From an uncultured virus (IMG/VR IMGVR_UViG_3300032320_002770) (taxonomy: Duplodnaviria; Heunggongvirae; Uroviricota; Caudoviricetes), in IMG/VR virus record IMGVR_UViG_3300032320_002770: a DNA stretch of 64,000 bases, one strand, 5' to 3'. The notes beneath the pieces are model-generated. The model had not been told where the DNA came from. It saw only the letters and a list, made by a program, of their open reading frames with translations, and ran no database searches. The stretch's first letter is position 1; each line of letters begins with the position of its first letter. The position numbers were made by a program, and so were the translations under genes. This document shows, piece after piece, positions 49,358 through 58,935 of the stretch.

Positions 49358-50101
49358 TCACGGAAATATCGGATCTAAATTAATAATAGTATTTTCATAG
49401 TTTTGTATAATTTTGCATGCTCCCCACCCTTTATCTTTGTTAGCTATAAATTTGCCATTAATAATATTATCTTGACTGAGTTTTTTATTCTTTTCTCTCA
49501 TTTCAAACCAATCTTCTTTTAAATATCTATTTTTTATATAAAGATTATTTGCAACGACATATGAATCTAATGGATCAAGTATATATTCTAAATTAATTGA
49601 TTTTGCTCTATTGATTAAATCTGTATCTTGGTGCGAATGAGCCAAGAATTCTTCGTCATAACCGCCTAATTTATAGAAATTATTATTATTTAGAACTATC
49701 CTACCAAAAGACCCCGATTTGCCTTTCAAATGCATATGTAATATGCTTTGTTTGTTTTTATTAAAAGTTTTATCAATTTTATCTCTCATACCTAATAAGA
49801 AATTATCTACATCTAAATTAACTAATATCTCTCCACAAGCTAACCTATGAGCTATATTTTTTGATTTTGGACAATTGTACTCTTTAACATCTAAAACTTT
49901 AATGAATTTTAATTTATTTTGTAATATATATTTTTTAAAATATATTGTACCTAAAACAAAAATCATAGTATCATCTGGGCTGTTGTAATCAACGAGCACT
50001 AGCTCTTCGTCATCTTTCAAATTTTCTAGGTTATCTTTTAAAGTCAAAGCTAGTTGCCATAACCTACCATAGCATACAGTACAATAAGAAACCTTTTTCA
50101 T
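49358..50101 (-). CDS. GT2/GT7-like glycosyltransferase
   Basis: LVDYNSPD, NLDVDN, GGYDE...QDTDL. Confidence 0.8.
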   Translation of the reverse strand: MKKVSYCTVCYGRLWQLALTLKDNLENLKDDEELVLVDYNSPDDTMIFVLGTIYFKKYILQNKLKFIKVLDVKEYNCPKSKNIAHRLACGEILVNLDVDNFLLGMRDKIDKTFNKNKQSILHMHLKGKSGSFGRIVLNNNNFYKLGGYDEEFLAHSHQDTDLINRAKSINLEYILDPLDSYVVANNLYIKNRYLKEDWFEMREKNKKLSQDNIINGKFIANKDKGWGACKIIQNYENTIINLDPIFP

Positions 50102-50130
50102 TATAAGTATTATATTTTAAATGAATTTAT

Positions 50131-50159
50131 TTGACAAACATAAAAATATATTATACTAT
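50131..50159 (+). promoter_or_regulatory. sigma70-type promoter TTGACA-N17-TACTAT in front of the structured RNA / nrdA leader
   Basis: Read directly. Confidence 0.7.
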
Positions 50160-50165
50160 ATATAA

Positions 50166-50452
50166 ACATACCGCCCAATTAGCGGATAAGGTTTGTCGTA
50201 CTCCAAAAAACGATAAGTCTTATTAGTTCGAAACGTGGGCAACGCTATAGGAGCTTGCGACCCAGATAACCACTAGTAATAGTGGGAGTGTAGGTGTAAG
50301 GGCTAACACGCGATGGATGATCCTACCGACATCCGATAAGTGTTAGGAGCCGAAAGGCTTACAGACTCAATTGGGAAGTAGAACTAATAGGCTTTTACAA
50401 CTTTGTATAAAATACAGGGAAAGCTCCGCTTTGAAGAACTCATTGGGAAGTT
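50166..50452 (+). ncRNA. Candidate large structured RNA of unknown class
   Basis: GC-elevated non-coding island with at least 8 helices, GTAA and GAAA tetraloops, a long closing stem and candidate pseudoknots. Confidence 0.65.
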
Positions 50453-50584
50453 AATTTAAAAAACTTATATTAGTACACTGTTTATCTATATAAGTCAGAA
50501 ATGTTAATAAGATTTAATTATTTTCTTTTTTAAAATACAAAAATACTGTAACATTACTTACATCTCTAATAGAAAGAATTTGAA

Positions 50585-52834
50585 ATGATTAATGTAAAGA
50601 AAAGAAATAACACTACTGAAAAATTTAACATAGATAAAATTAATAAAGTAATAAACTGGGCAATCGAAGGATATTCTGGAGTAAGCCTCACAGATATTGA
50701 GATTAATGCTAAGATAAATATTACAGATGGCGTAAGCACGAAAGAAATACACAACCTATTGATTGAGAGTGCTGCAAATTTAATTTCTATTGAAAAACCA
50801 AACTATCAATTTGTTGCTGGTAGACTTCTAAATTATCAATTGAGAAAAGACGTTTGGAAAGGCAAACATGCCCCAAGACTTTTAGAGTTCTTAAAAGAAA
50901 GTATTAAAAATAAGATTTATGATGATAGTATTTTAAGTTACTATTCTGAGGATGAGATTAATAAGATTGGTGAATTTATTGATCATGAAAGAGATTATAT
51001 CTTTACTTACGCTGGAATTAAACAGCTTTGCGATAAATATTTAATCAAAAATAGAACTACTGGAAAAATTTATGAAACTCCACAATTTGCTTATGTATTG
51101 ATTGCAGCTTACGCATTCGCCAAATACCCAGTCGAAACAAGACTTAATTATGTAAGAAAATTTTATGATGCTGTAAGTAAGCATAAGATTAATTTACCAA
51201 CTCCAGTTATGGCAGGGCTTAGAACATCTAGTAGAAATTACGCTAGTTGCTGTTTAATAGGTGTTGATGATACTAGAGAGAGTATTACAGCTAGTGCTAC
51301 TGCTGTTAGTATGGCTACTGCTAATAGATGTGGAATCGGTATTGATGTAAGTAAAATCAGAGCAATAGGTTCTCCTATTAAAAATGGAGAAGTTGTTCAT
51401 ACTGGATTAATTCCATTCTTAAAGATTTATGAGAGTAGTGTTAAAGCATGGCAACAAAATGGATTAAGAGGTGGAAGTGCAACTTGTAATATTCAATGGT
51501 GGCATTATGAAATTGAAGATGTTGTAGTATTAAAAAATAATGCAGGAACAGACGATAATAGAGTTCGTAAACTTGATTATACAGTTGGAATGAGCAAACT
51601 ATTTTATGATAGAGTTTTAAAAGATGAAGACATTACTTTATTTAATAATTCAGAAGTTCCAGAACTTTATGAAGCTTGGGGAACTAAAGACTTTGATAAA
51701 GTATATAAAGAATGTGAATCTAAAAAATTAAAAATTAAAAAGAAAATATCTGCTCGTAAGTTATTCTCACTAATAATCAAGGAAAGAGTTGAAACTGGTA
51801 GAATTTATATATTAAATATTGATCACGCAAATAATCATGGAGCTTGGTTAGATAAAGTCACTATGAGTAATCTTTGCACTGAAGTTATCCATCCAACTAT
51901 TCCATTGAATGATTACAATGACAAGAATGGGGAAATTGGTATGTGTATTCTTTCGGCAGTAAATATGCTAGAGATTAAAAACTGGCAAGATCTTGAAAAG
52001 ACCTGCGATCTTATCGTAAGATTTCTTGATGAAATCATTGAACTTCAAGATTATTTTAATGTTGCTGCTGAAAATTTTGCTAAAAAACGCAGAAGTCTTG
52101 GAGTTGGAATTACCAACCTTGCAGCTTTTCTTGCTAAAAATGAATTAAAATATAGCTCCGATAAGTCATTATCAGTTATCGACGAATGGATGGAGCACTT
52201 TCAATATTACTTACTTAAGAGTAGTATTGAATTAGCTAAAGAAAAAGGCAAATGCGAAAAGTTTGATAGGACTAAATATTCTAAAGGTATATTACCAATT
52301 GATACTTATAAAGATAAAGTAGACGAGCTAGTTAAAAGAAAACTATCGCTTGACTGGGGAAAACTAAGAAAAGATATTAAAGAATTTGGATTAAGACATT
52401 CTACATTATCTTCTTGTATGCCCTGCGAAAGTAGCTCAGTAATTCAATGCTCAACAAATGGAGTAGAACCTATTCGTAGTCTTATCACTTATAAGACTAG
52501 TAAAATGGGTAAACTTCCAGTTATGGTTCCAGGAATTGGTAAATATGATGGTAACTATGAATTAGCTTATACTTTAAAAGATAATACTGGATTACTCAAA
52601 ATAAATGCTGTTATTCAAAAATATATTGATATGGCAATATCAACTAATGTATACTATAATTATAGTCATTATGAAAATAATGTTCTTCCAGATGCGAAAG
52701 TTATGAAAGAATTAATGTATGCATATAGTTTAGGATTAATTAGTCTGTATTATAATAATACAGATGATGGAGATAAAGAACAATCTATGACACAAAAGGA
52801 AGATGACTGCGCTAGTGGAGCCTGTAAACTATGA
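50585..52834 (+). CDS. nrdA: Class Ia ribonucleotide reductase alpha subunit with ATP cone
   Basis: VKKR ATP cone, PTP, SCC, SNLCTE, MPCESSS, SLYY, C-terminal CxxxxC. Confidence 0.97.
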   Translation: MINVKKRNNTTEKFNIDKINKVINWAIEGYSGVSLTDIEINAKINITDGVSTKEIHNLLIESAANLISIEKPNYQFVAGRLLNYQLRKDVWKGKHAPRLLEFLKESIKNKIYDDSILSYYSEDEINKIGEFIDHERDYIFTYAGIKQLCDKYLIKNRTTGKIYETPQFAYVLIAAYAFAKYPVETRLNYVRKFYDAVSKHKINLPTPVMAGLRTSSRNYASCCLIGVDDTRESITASATAVSMATANRCGIGIDVSKIRAIGSPIKNGEVVHTGLIPFLKIYESSVKAWQQNGLRGGSATCNIQWWHYEIEDVVVLKNNAGTDDNRVRKLDYTVGMSKLFYDRVLKDEDITLFNNSEVPELYEAWGTKDFDKVYKECESKKLKIKKKISARKLFSLIIKERVETGRIYILNIDHANNHGAWLDKVTMSNLCTEVIHPTIPLNDYNDKNGEIGMCILSAVNMLEIKNWQDLEKTCDLIVRFLDEIIELQDYFNVAAENFAKKRRSLGVGITNLAAFLAKNELKYSSDKSLSVIDEWMEHFQYYLLKSSIELAKEKGKCEKFDRTKYSKGILPIDTYKDKVDELVKRKLSLDWGKLRKDIKEFGLRHSTLSSCMPCESSSVIQCSTNGVEPIRSLITYKTSKMGKLPVMVPGIGKYDGNYELAYTLKDNTGLLKINAVIQKYIDMAISTNVYYNYSHYENNVLPDAKVMKELMYAYSLGLISLYYNNTDDGDKEQSMTQKEDDCASGACKL

Positions 52835-53817
52835 TAAAAAATCATAGTATAAATAAAAAATGCATTATTGTCACTACAATAAATAAACCTACAGATCAAA
52901 TAATTGCATATAGTAAAAAAAATGATTGGAATCTGATCATTGTTGGTGATAAAAAAACAGATCCAAATTTATATAAACAAATTAATTGCATTTATTTAGG
53001 TTTAGATGAGCAAGATAATCTATTCCCATCACTATCGAAACTTATTCCTAGGAATTCATATGCAAGAAAAAATTTAGGATACGCTTATGCATTTGTAAAT
53101 GAATATGATTTAATTTATGATACAGATGATGATAATTATTCTGATATTAAGGATTTCGTCAATGAAAGTAACGATCAAGAAGTTAGTACAAACTGTAATT
53201 TTGTAAATATTTATAAACTTTATACAGATTTTAAAGTATGGCCCCGTGGACTTCCTCTCAGATATATAGATACAAAATTAATTATTAAAAATAAAAAATA
53301 TACTTGTCCAGTTATACAAGGATTAGTAGATGGTGATCCTGATGTCGATGCTATTTTCAGGTTAACTAATAGTTTATGTAAGGACAAATTTACAGAATTT
53401 AATAAAAATAATAAAAAAACTTATGCTTTAAAACCATATGTATTTTGTCCATTTAATACACAAAATACCTTCTGGACGCAAAGAGATCTATTTCATCTTA
53501 TGTATTTGCCATCAACAGTTAGTATGAGATCTACAGACATATTAAGAGGTTACATAACTCAACATCAATTATGGGCTAAATCTTTAAATATTAAATTTAC
53601 TAATAGTAATGCAATTCAAACTAGAAACGAACATTGCCTAATTAAAGATTTGAATGACGAATTAGAGACATTTCAATATACTGAACAGATCATTGAATGG
53701 CTTATTAATAATAAAAAAGCTAATCTTTCTGAGACTTATGAATGGTTAAAATCCGCTAATATAGTTTCTAAAACAGAATTGAAAATCCTTAAAGAATGGA
53801 ATCGTATATTTATATGA
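52831..53817 (+). CDS. STELLO/DUF288-like glycosyltransferase
   Basis: IVTTIN, VGDKKT, SYARKNLGY.YA, YDTDDDN, WPRG.P, QGL.DGDPDVDAI.RL, PFNTQNT. Confidence 0.8.
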   Translation: MIKNHSINKKCIIVTTINKPTDQIIAYSKKNDWNLIIVGDKKTDPNLYKQINCIYLGLDEQDNLFPSLSKLIPRNSYARKNLGYAYAFVNEYDLIYDTDDDNYSDIKDFVNESNDQEVSTNCNFVNIYKLYTDFKVWPRGLPLRYIDTKLIIKNKKYTCPVIQGLVDGDPDVDAIFRLTNSLCKDKFTEFNKNNKKTYALKPYVFCPFNTQNTFWTQRDLFHLMYLPSTVSMRSTDILRGYITQHQLWAKSLNIKFTNSNAIQTRNEHCLIKDLNDELETFQYTEQIIEWLINNKKANLSETYEWLKSANIVSKTELKILKEWNRIFI

Positions 53818-55730
53818 TTTTTACTATAGACACAAATGTTTTAAATAAAAAAGAATTATATAATAATCTAATTTATCCATTTTTGGTTTTAAAAGATTTG
53901 AATGGAAATTATAATTCTGTTTTATTTTGTGTTGAAGCAGATTTTAATATTTTAATTTATCAATTCGATAATACAAAAAATGATAAATCACCATCATTAA
54001 TTAGTAAGATGTCTATTTCTGAATTAGGAGTAATATTACCATTGTTAATAAATTGCGAAATTAAAGATTTAAAAGAGCATATGATTTTTAGCATTAAAGA
54101 CGTTAACGGCTGGCAGAAAGAAGCTATTGATAAGATTATTGATAACATCACTCTCGCTGAAAAAGATAAAGATCTTCCATTAATGCATTTTAATAAAGAC
54201 CCATTTAATGGGTCTGTAAATTTAATATTTAATAGATATATTTATAAAATGTGTGATTTGAATTTACTGCTATCATTCATAGAGAAAACTTTATCAATTT
54301 CAGAATTCAACCAAGTCAAAAGCTTACTCAAAGCTTTTGAAAATAGATTAGGACCAGATTTTAATTGTCAATTTTTTTATATGCAGAAGTATTATATATT
54401 ACGTGAGTTGATATGTCTCGTTACAGGCAAACATATAACAATTGACCCATTTACATTAAACTATATTTATTCAGAATGTACGACGTTATGTAAAATAGGA
54501 AATTATCATTCTCGATTGATCAAATATAAATCTAATTCTGGTAATTATTTTATTGAGCGTAGAGGGCCTGGTTGGATAGATATAACCAGTTCTATTATAT
54601 TATCGAATGGTTTAATAATTGATCCAAGAAGTTTTTCTAGACATGACGCAAAGCGTCCTGATCAAGCTGCGGTAAGTTCAGAAGAAGAAAAAGAGATTAA
54701 AAATCTATTTGCTTTTAATGTATCGCACAGTCAAGAAGAAAAAGAAAATATTCAATATCTAATGATTGATGTTGACTATACTAATTTAGGTCATACATTA
54801 TGGAATGAAGTATCTGGATATATTGAATTTATATTAATATGCAAAGATTCTAATTTAATTAATAAAAAAACTGTACCAGTACTACCTCAATCTATTCCTA
54901 CTCTTTTTTCTAAGATTGGAGTACGTTCATCTTTTTTTCAATATATAAAAAAGGCTCTGTCTACTCAAACTATTAAAAACTCAAGTACAGATATTATTAC
55001 AGATTATATAAATTCAATCAATGATAGCCAAATTATAATAAATAAAATTTTTATAAAAAATCAACCCCTTTCTTTTCGTTTTCCTAAAATATCTAATTTA
55101 TTGTCAAATACAATACGCAATGATTTTACTCATGTAAAAAATAAAAAAATACATATCTATAAAAATATAAGATTTCATAATAAATCGCAATTGAATATAG
55201 TTGAATGCCTATCTCAACTATTCAAAGATTTAGATAATCAAGAAAACGTAAAATTAAAACCATTTAATATAGAAATTGATCTCGAATTTAACTCACAAGC
55301 TGTATACGGACCTTCATTTCAAGCTCGTGATTTAGTTAACAATACTCTTTCTGAAATTAAAACTTTATGTGATAAGTACATGGTGAAACTTAATCTACAT
55401 GATTCTTATGAAATACCAGATTTAATGCAATTAGTTTCAGAGTCTGATATATGTATAGTTGCTATAGGAAGTGGAGCTATTTTACCTACTTGGATTTTTA
55501 ATAAAAATACCGTAATGCATGCAAATATTGAGCATTATTCACAATTAGAGTGGTGGAATCAAGTAGGTGGTATAGATAATAATAATCAATTCATAATACC
55601 ACAAAATGCAATTAATAATTTTTCCTCTGGAATTTTATTATATGATAACTATAAAATTGATATTAATGCATACTCGAGCACAGTTATAAGTGCTTTAAAA
55701 AAATGTCTTGAAAAATGCGTGTATATATAG
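53814..55730 (+). CDS. Large hypothetical protein, C-terminus weakly GT-B-like
   Basis: NLGHTLWNE and DICIVAIGSG segments; no firm family. Confidence 0.55.
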   Translation: MIFTIDTNVLNKKELYNNLIYPFLVLKDLNGNYNSVLFCVEADFNILIYQFDNTKNDKSPSLISKMSISELGVILPLLINCEIKDLKEHMIFSIKDVNGWQKEAIDKIIDNITLAEKDKDLPLMHFNKDPFNGSVNLIFNRYIYKMCDLNLLLSFIEKTLSISEFNQVKSLLKAFENRLGPDFNCQFFYMQKYYILRELICLVTGKHITIDPFTLNYIYSECTTLCKIGNYHSRLIKYKSNSGNYFIERRGPGWIDITSSIILSNGLIIDPRSFSRHDAKRPDQAAVSSEEEKEIKNLFAFNVSHSQEEKENIQYLMIDVDYTNLGHTLWNEVSGYIEFILICKDSNLINKKTVPVLPQSIPTLFSKIGVRSSFFQYIKKALSTQTIKNSSTDIITDYINSINDSQIIINKIFIKNQPLSFRFPKISNLLSNTIRNDFTHVKNKKIHIYKNIRFHNKSQLNIVECLSQLFKDLDNQENVKLKPFNIEIDLEFNSQAVYGPSFQARDLVNNTLSEIKTLCDKYMVKLNLHDSYEIPDLMQLVSESDICIVAIGSGAILPTWIFNKNTVMHANIEHYSQLEWWNQVGGIDNNNQFIIPQNAINNFSSGILLYDNYKIDINAYSSTVISALKKCLEKCVYI

Positions 55731-55749
55731 TATAGTATATTCATTAAAA

Positions 55750-56814
55750 ATGAAAACAGTTTTAAACTTTAAAAATATAGATACCACAAAGCAACCATTA
55801 TTTCTCGGAGAAGATTTGAATCTTCAAAGATATGATCGGTTTAAGTATCCAATATTTTTTGAACTATTTAAAAAACAAAATGAAAATTTTTGGTGGCCTC
55901 ATGAAATAGCTTTAGGAAAAGATCGTAGCGACTACAATAACTTAACAGACACAGAAAGATTTGTTTTTGATAGTAATTTAAGATTCCAAACTCTTGGAGA
56001 TAGCATGCTTTCTAGAAGTATTCATTCTCTCAAAGATTATGTAAGTAATCCAGAACTTGAGATTTGCATGAATACTTGGGCACAATTTGAAGGTATTCAT
56101 AGTTACTCTTACTCTTACCTCTTGAATAATGTCTATCCAGATGCAACTGAATTCTTTGATAGTATAATGGAAGATAAAGAAATTACAAGTCGCGCGGAGT
56201 TAATTAGAAATAATTTTGATAAAATTCTTGGTGATGATGATAAGAAAGATCCTAAACAAAAGATTTTTGATGCGATTCTTTCTATTAATGTAATGGAAGG
56301 TCTTGTATTTTATGTTTCTTTCGCTTGTTCTTTCTATTTTGGATATCGTGGCAAGATGGAAGGTAACTCTAAAATTATAAAATTCATTCAACGTGACGAA
56401 GCTCTTCATTTTGCAGTAAGTCAAAATCTACTTAAAATATTAAGAGATGAAGATAAAGAAGGTTTCACAAGTATAGTTAAGAAAAGTGAAGACAAAATCT
56501 ATGCTTTCTACGAACAAGCCGCCAAGAATGAAAGTGAATGGTCTCAATATCTCTTCAGTAATGGTAGTTTACTTGGATTAAATGCAGAGGTTTTAGATGG
56601 TTATTCTAAATGGCTGTGTGACAGCAGATTAAGAAGTTTAGGTTATAAGAAGATATTCAACCAAAAAGACAATCCTATTGGTGGATGGCATGACAGCTAT
56701 TTGGATAGTAGTAAAGTACAAGTTGCTCCTCAAGAAACTGAGATTTCTAGCTATAAAGTCGGCGCAAGGAAGACCGATATACAAGATGAAGATTTCGGCG
56801 ATTTAAAACTCTAA
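55750..56814 (+). CDS. nrdB: Class Ia ribonucleotide reductase beta subunit
   Basis: FWWPHE, QTLGDS, EGIHSYSY, EGLVFYVSF, RDEALH, APQETEISSY. Confidence 0.97.
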   Translation: MKTVLNFKNIDTTKQPLFLGEDLNLQRYDRFKYPIFFELFKKQNENFWWPHEIALGKDRSDYNNLTDTERFVFDSNLRFQTLGDSMLSRSIHSLKDYVSNPELEICMNTWAQFEGIHSYSYSYLLNNVYPDATEFFDSIMEDKEITSRAELIRNNFDKILGDDDKKDPKQKIFDAILSINVMEGLVFYVSFACSFYFGYRGKMEGNSKIIKFIQRDEALHFAVSQNLLKILRDEDKEGFTSIVKKSEDKIYAFYEQAAKNESEWSQYLFSNGSLLGLNAEVLDGYSKWLCDSRLRSLGYKKIFNQKDNPIGGWHDSYLDSSKVQVAPQETEISSYKVGARKTDIQDEDFGDLKL

Positions 56815-56843
56815 TAATCATATATTAATGTGTAATTATCTAT

Positions 56844-57176
56844 GTGAATTTAGATATTGCATTGCTATTTAATCTCGTCTTAGGGGCATTGTCCTTCCTA
56901 GGAGGATGGTTATTTACTAGAGTATTCTCTCTTTTTGATAAACAAGAAAATTTAATGAAAGAAATCAACGATAAAACTTTTCATGATTTTATAGCTTTAA
57001 GAAAAGAAATGGAAGCAGAGGGAAGGAAGCATCAGCAAGAAATATCTGATTTAGCTTTAAAAATTAGCACAACTTATGTTACTAAGGAGTCTTTTGATGA
57101 TTATTTTGATAGAATTGAAGCGAAACTAGATCGTAATTTTGATATAATCCAAAATCATTTTAATAGAAAAAATTAA
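56844..57176 (+). CDS. N-terminal TM plus coiled-coil protein
   Basis: Hydrophobic N-terminus, YVTKE...RIEAKLD; GTGTAA 8 nt upstream. Confidence 0.65.
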   Translation: MNLDIALLFNLVLGALSFLGGWLFTRVFSLFDKQENLMKEINDKTFHDFIALRKEMEAEGRKHQQEISDLALKISTTYVTKESFDDYFDRIEAKLDRNFDIIQNHFNRKN

Positions 57177-57523
57177 TCTTGCCCAGCTAAGGGATGCTTC
57201 TTTCCTTTACGTTTTTTACTCCAGTCTTTGAAGTATTTATTTTTAACTGGATCTTTTCCATAAACCTTCTCTCTTTTTTCAGACAACTCTTTGCTTCTAT
57301 CCCATAGGTCACCCATAGTACCTTTTTTTCTACCAGTAAATTCAGAAAATTCTCTAGAAGAACACTCGGCTTTTAATGTACCATCTGTATTTAATTGAGG
57401 AGAAGTAAAAATTCTATCCCATTTAACTCCAGAATCATCAGTATATTCATGTTTATCATGAACGCTTTGAATTACTGATATAACTTTACCAGTTTGAGGG
57501 TGTTGATACAAATACTCAGGCAT
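57173..57523 (-). CDS. FmdB-like protein (Cys ligands absent)
   Basis: MPEYLYQ...G...VIQS...RIFT. Confidence 0.55.
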   Translation of the reverse strand: MPEYLYQHPQTGKVISVIQSVHDKHEYTDDSGVKWDRIFTSPQLNTDGTLKAECSSREFSEFTGRKKGTMGDLWDRSKELSEKREKVYGKDPVKNKYFKDWSKKRKGKKHPLAGQD

Positions 57524-58598
57524 AATGTTTTAAAATATTATCAACTAATTTGTCTACAGAAAATTCATCTTGGAGTTTTAATCCATTTTTATTGATTTTA
57601 TTTGATTCTACTTTTTTAATAGCTTTATCGCATCCATCAATAAAATCATCATCGTTAAATGTATAAATATTACCTTGATTGAATTTTTGTCCTCTATGGA
57701 AAAACATATTATCATATGCTTCTATTTTACCAGATGGTTCTACTAAAACTGAATTATCTTTATTGGCCCAAGATTTATAGGAATGAGCATTTAATATAAC
57801 AGCTTGTTTTCCTAAAGCAACAGAATGAAATTCTGGTAATCCCCATCCTTCTCCACCACTCATGCCAATAATAATATCAGCACTATTTAAATAATCATTA
57901 TATAGAGCATTGTTTTCCATGAAATTTAAAAATGATATGTTAAAATATTCCTTACCTTCCAGTACAGAATTAATTAATTGCTGCTGATCTTGAGGTTTTA
58001 AAAAAGGATTGTATATCGCGCATTGTAGAAAATACTTTCTATTGTTACCATATTTCTTAAGCCAACTTTGAATAACTTTTTTATGATTTTTTCTTTTTTC
58101 TAATTTTCCAACTAGATTAAATGTTATACGATCTTCAATGTACTTTTTATTAGTATTAGAAAAATTATATTTATCAAAAGCCAACGGAACATACTCGACA
58201 TTAGAGCAACCTGCATTTTTGAAAATTTCACAAGTATATGGAGAAGAAAATAACACTTTATGATTATTTTTTACAATATTTATTTCTGTAGGAGTAGGTT
58301 GGTCTAACTCATAAAACGAAAATAATACTTGCTCTTTAGCAAGTGATTCTAAAGACCCATTTAAATGCCAAAGTTTAAATATTCTATTATTTCTAGAATA
58401 TTTAGCGTCATTATCTTGTAATGAATTATTTATCCAATCAATAAATTCTTTTTCAAGACTTTGAGTAGAGAAATCTATTTGGCTTCCTATTGGAAATAGA
58501 AGTATATCACTCTTTCTTCTAAAGAGTTCTTTTAAAATTAGCGTAGAAGTTTGCCCAAAAGATACTGAGTTAATGGGCAAATTCAAGCATATACTCAC
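57516..58598 (-). CDS. GT4-family glycosyltransferase
   Basis: VGKLEKRKN, SGGEGWGLPEF. Confidence 0.85.
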   Translation of the reverse strand: MSICLNLPINSVSFGQTSTLILKELFRRKSDILLFPIGSQIDFSTQSLEKEFIDWINNSLQDNDAKYSRNNRIFKLWHLNGSLESLAKEQVLFSFYELDQPTPTEINIVKNNHKVLFSSPYTCEIFKNAGCSNVEYVPLAFDKYNFSNTNKKYIEDRITFNLVGKLEKRKNHKKVIQSWLKKYGNNRKYFLQCAIYNPFLKPQDQQQLINSVLEGKEYFNISFLNFMENNALYNDYLNSADIIIGMSGGEGWGLPEFHSVALGKQAVILNAHSYKSWANKDNSVLVEPSGKIEAYDNMFFHRGQKFNQGNIYTFNDDDFIDGCDKAIKKVESNKINKNGLKLQDEFSVDKLVDNILKHYA

Positions 58599-58918
58599 AA
58601 CAAATCTTCTTCCTCTTCTGCTACTTGTGCTACTGCCTTTTTCTCAGTTTTAACTGCTACTTTTTGAGTTGCCTTAGTAGTTGTATCAGCTGTTTGAGTT
58701 TTCGCGGCACCATCGCTCTTAGTTGAGAGATATACTCTATAATCTGGAGCTTTTGGATTATCATTCTTAAATTTGTTAGCGAAAATTACAATTTCTACTT
58801 GTTCGCCAAGTTCGTCCTTGAAATAACCAGAAAGATACTTTTGGTTCTTTCCTTCTCTTTTCCATAATGCACCGATATCTCTTTTTTGCCAATCATTTTG
58901 TTGCTTATTGTTTTCCAT
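58595..58918 (-). CDS. DUF736-like protein with acidic tail
   Basis: IGALWK...YLSG...PKAPDYRV; AGGAG SD. Confidence 0.65.
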   Translation of the reverse strand: MENNKQQNDWQKRDIGALWKREGKNQKYLSGYFKDELGEQVEIVIFANKFKNDNPKAPDYRVYLSTKSDGAAKTQTADTTTKATQKVAVKTEKKAVAQVAEEEEDLL

Positions 58919-58935
58919 ATTATCTCCTATGTATT

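Noticed and set aside
50301..50351. Twister ribozyme resemblance (UAACAC...hairpin...GUG)
   Set aside because: The conserved GA after P2 and the loop AAGC are missing, and UAA would be fully paired with UUAG
50166..50452. Cobalamin riboswitch, tmRNA, RNase P or group I/II intron
   Set aside because: AGGGAA and GGGAAG words occur, but not in the required order or structural context; no tRNA-like ends, RNase P CR motifs, P7 or domain V seen
50558..50754. Short minus-strand ORFs over the nrdA 5' end
   Set aside because: Antisense to a well-supported gene, with no recognisable motifs
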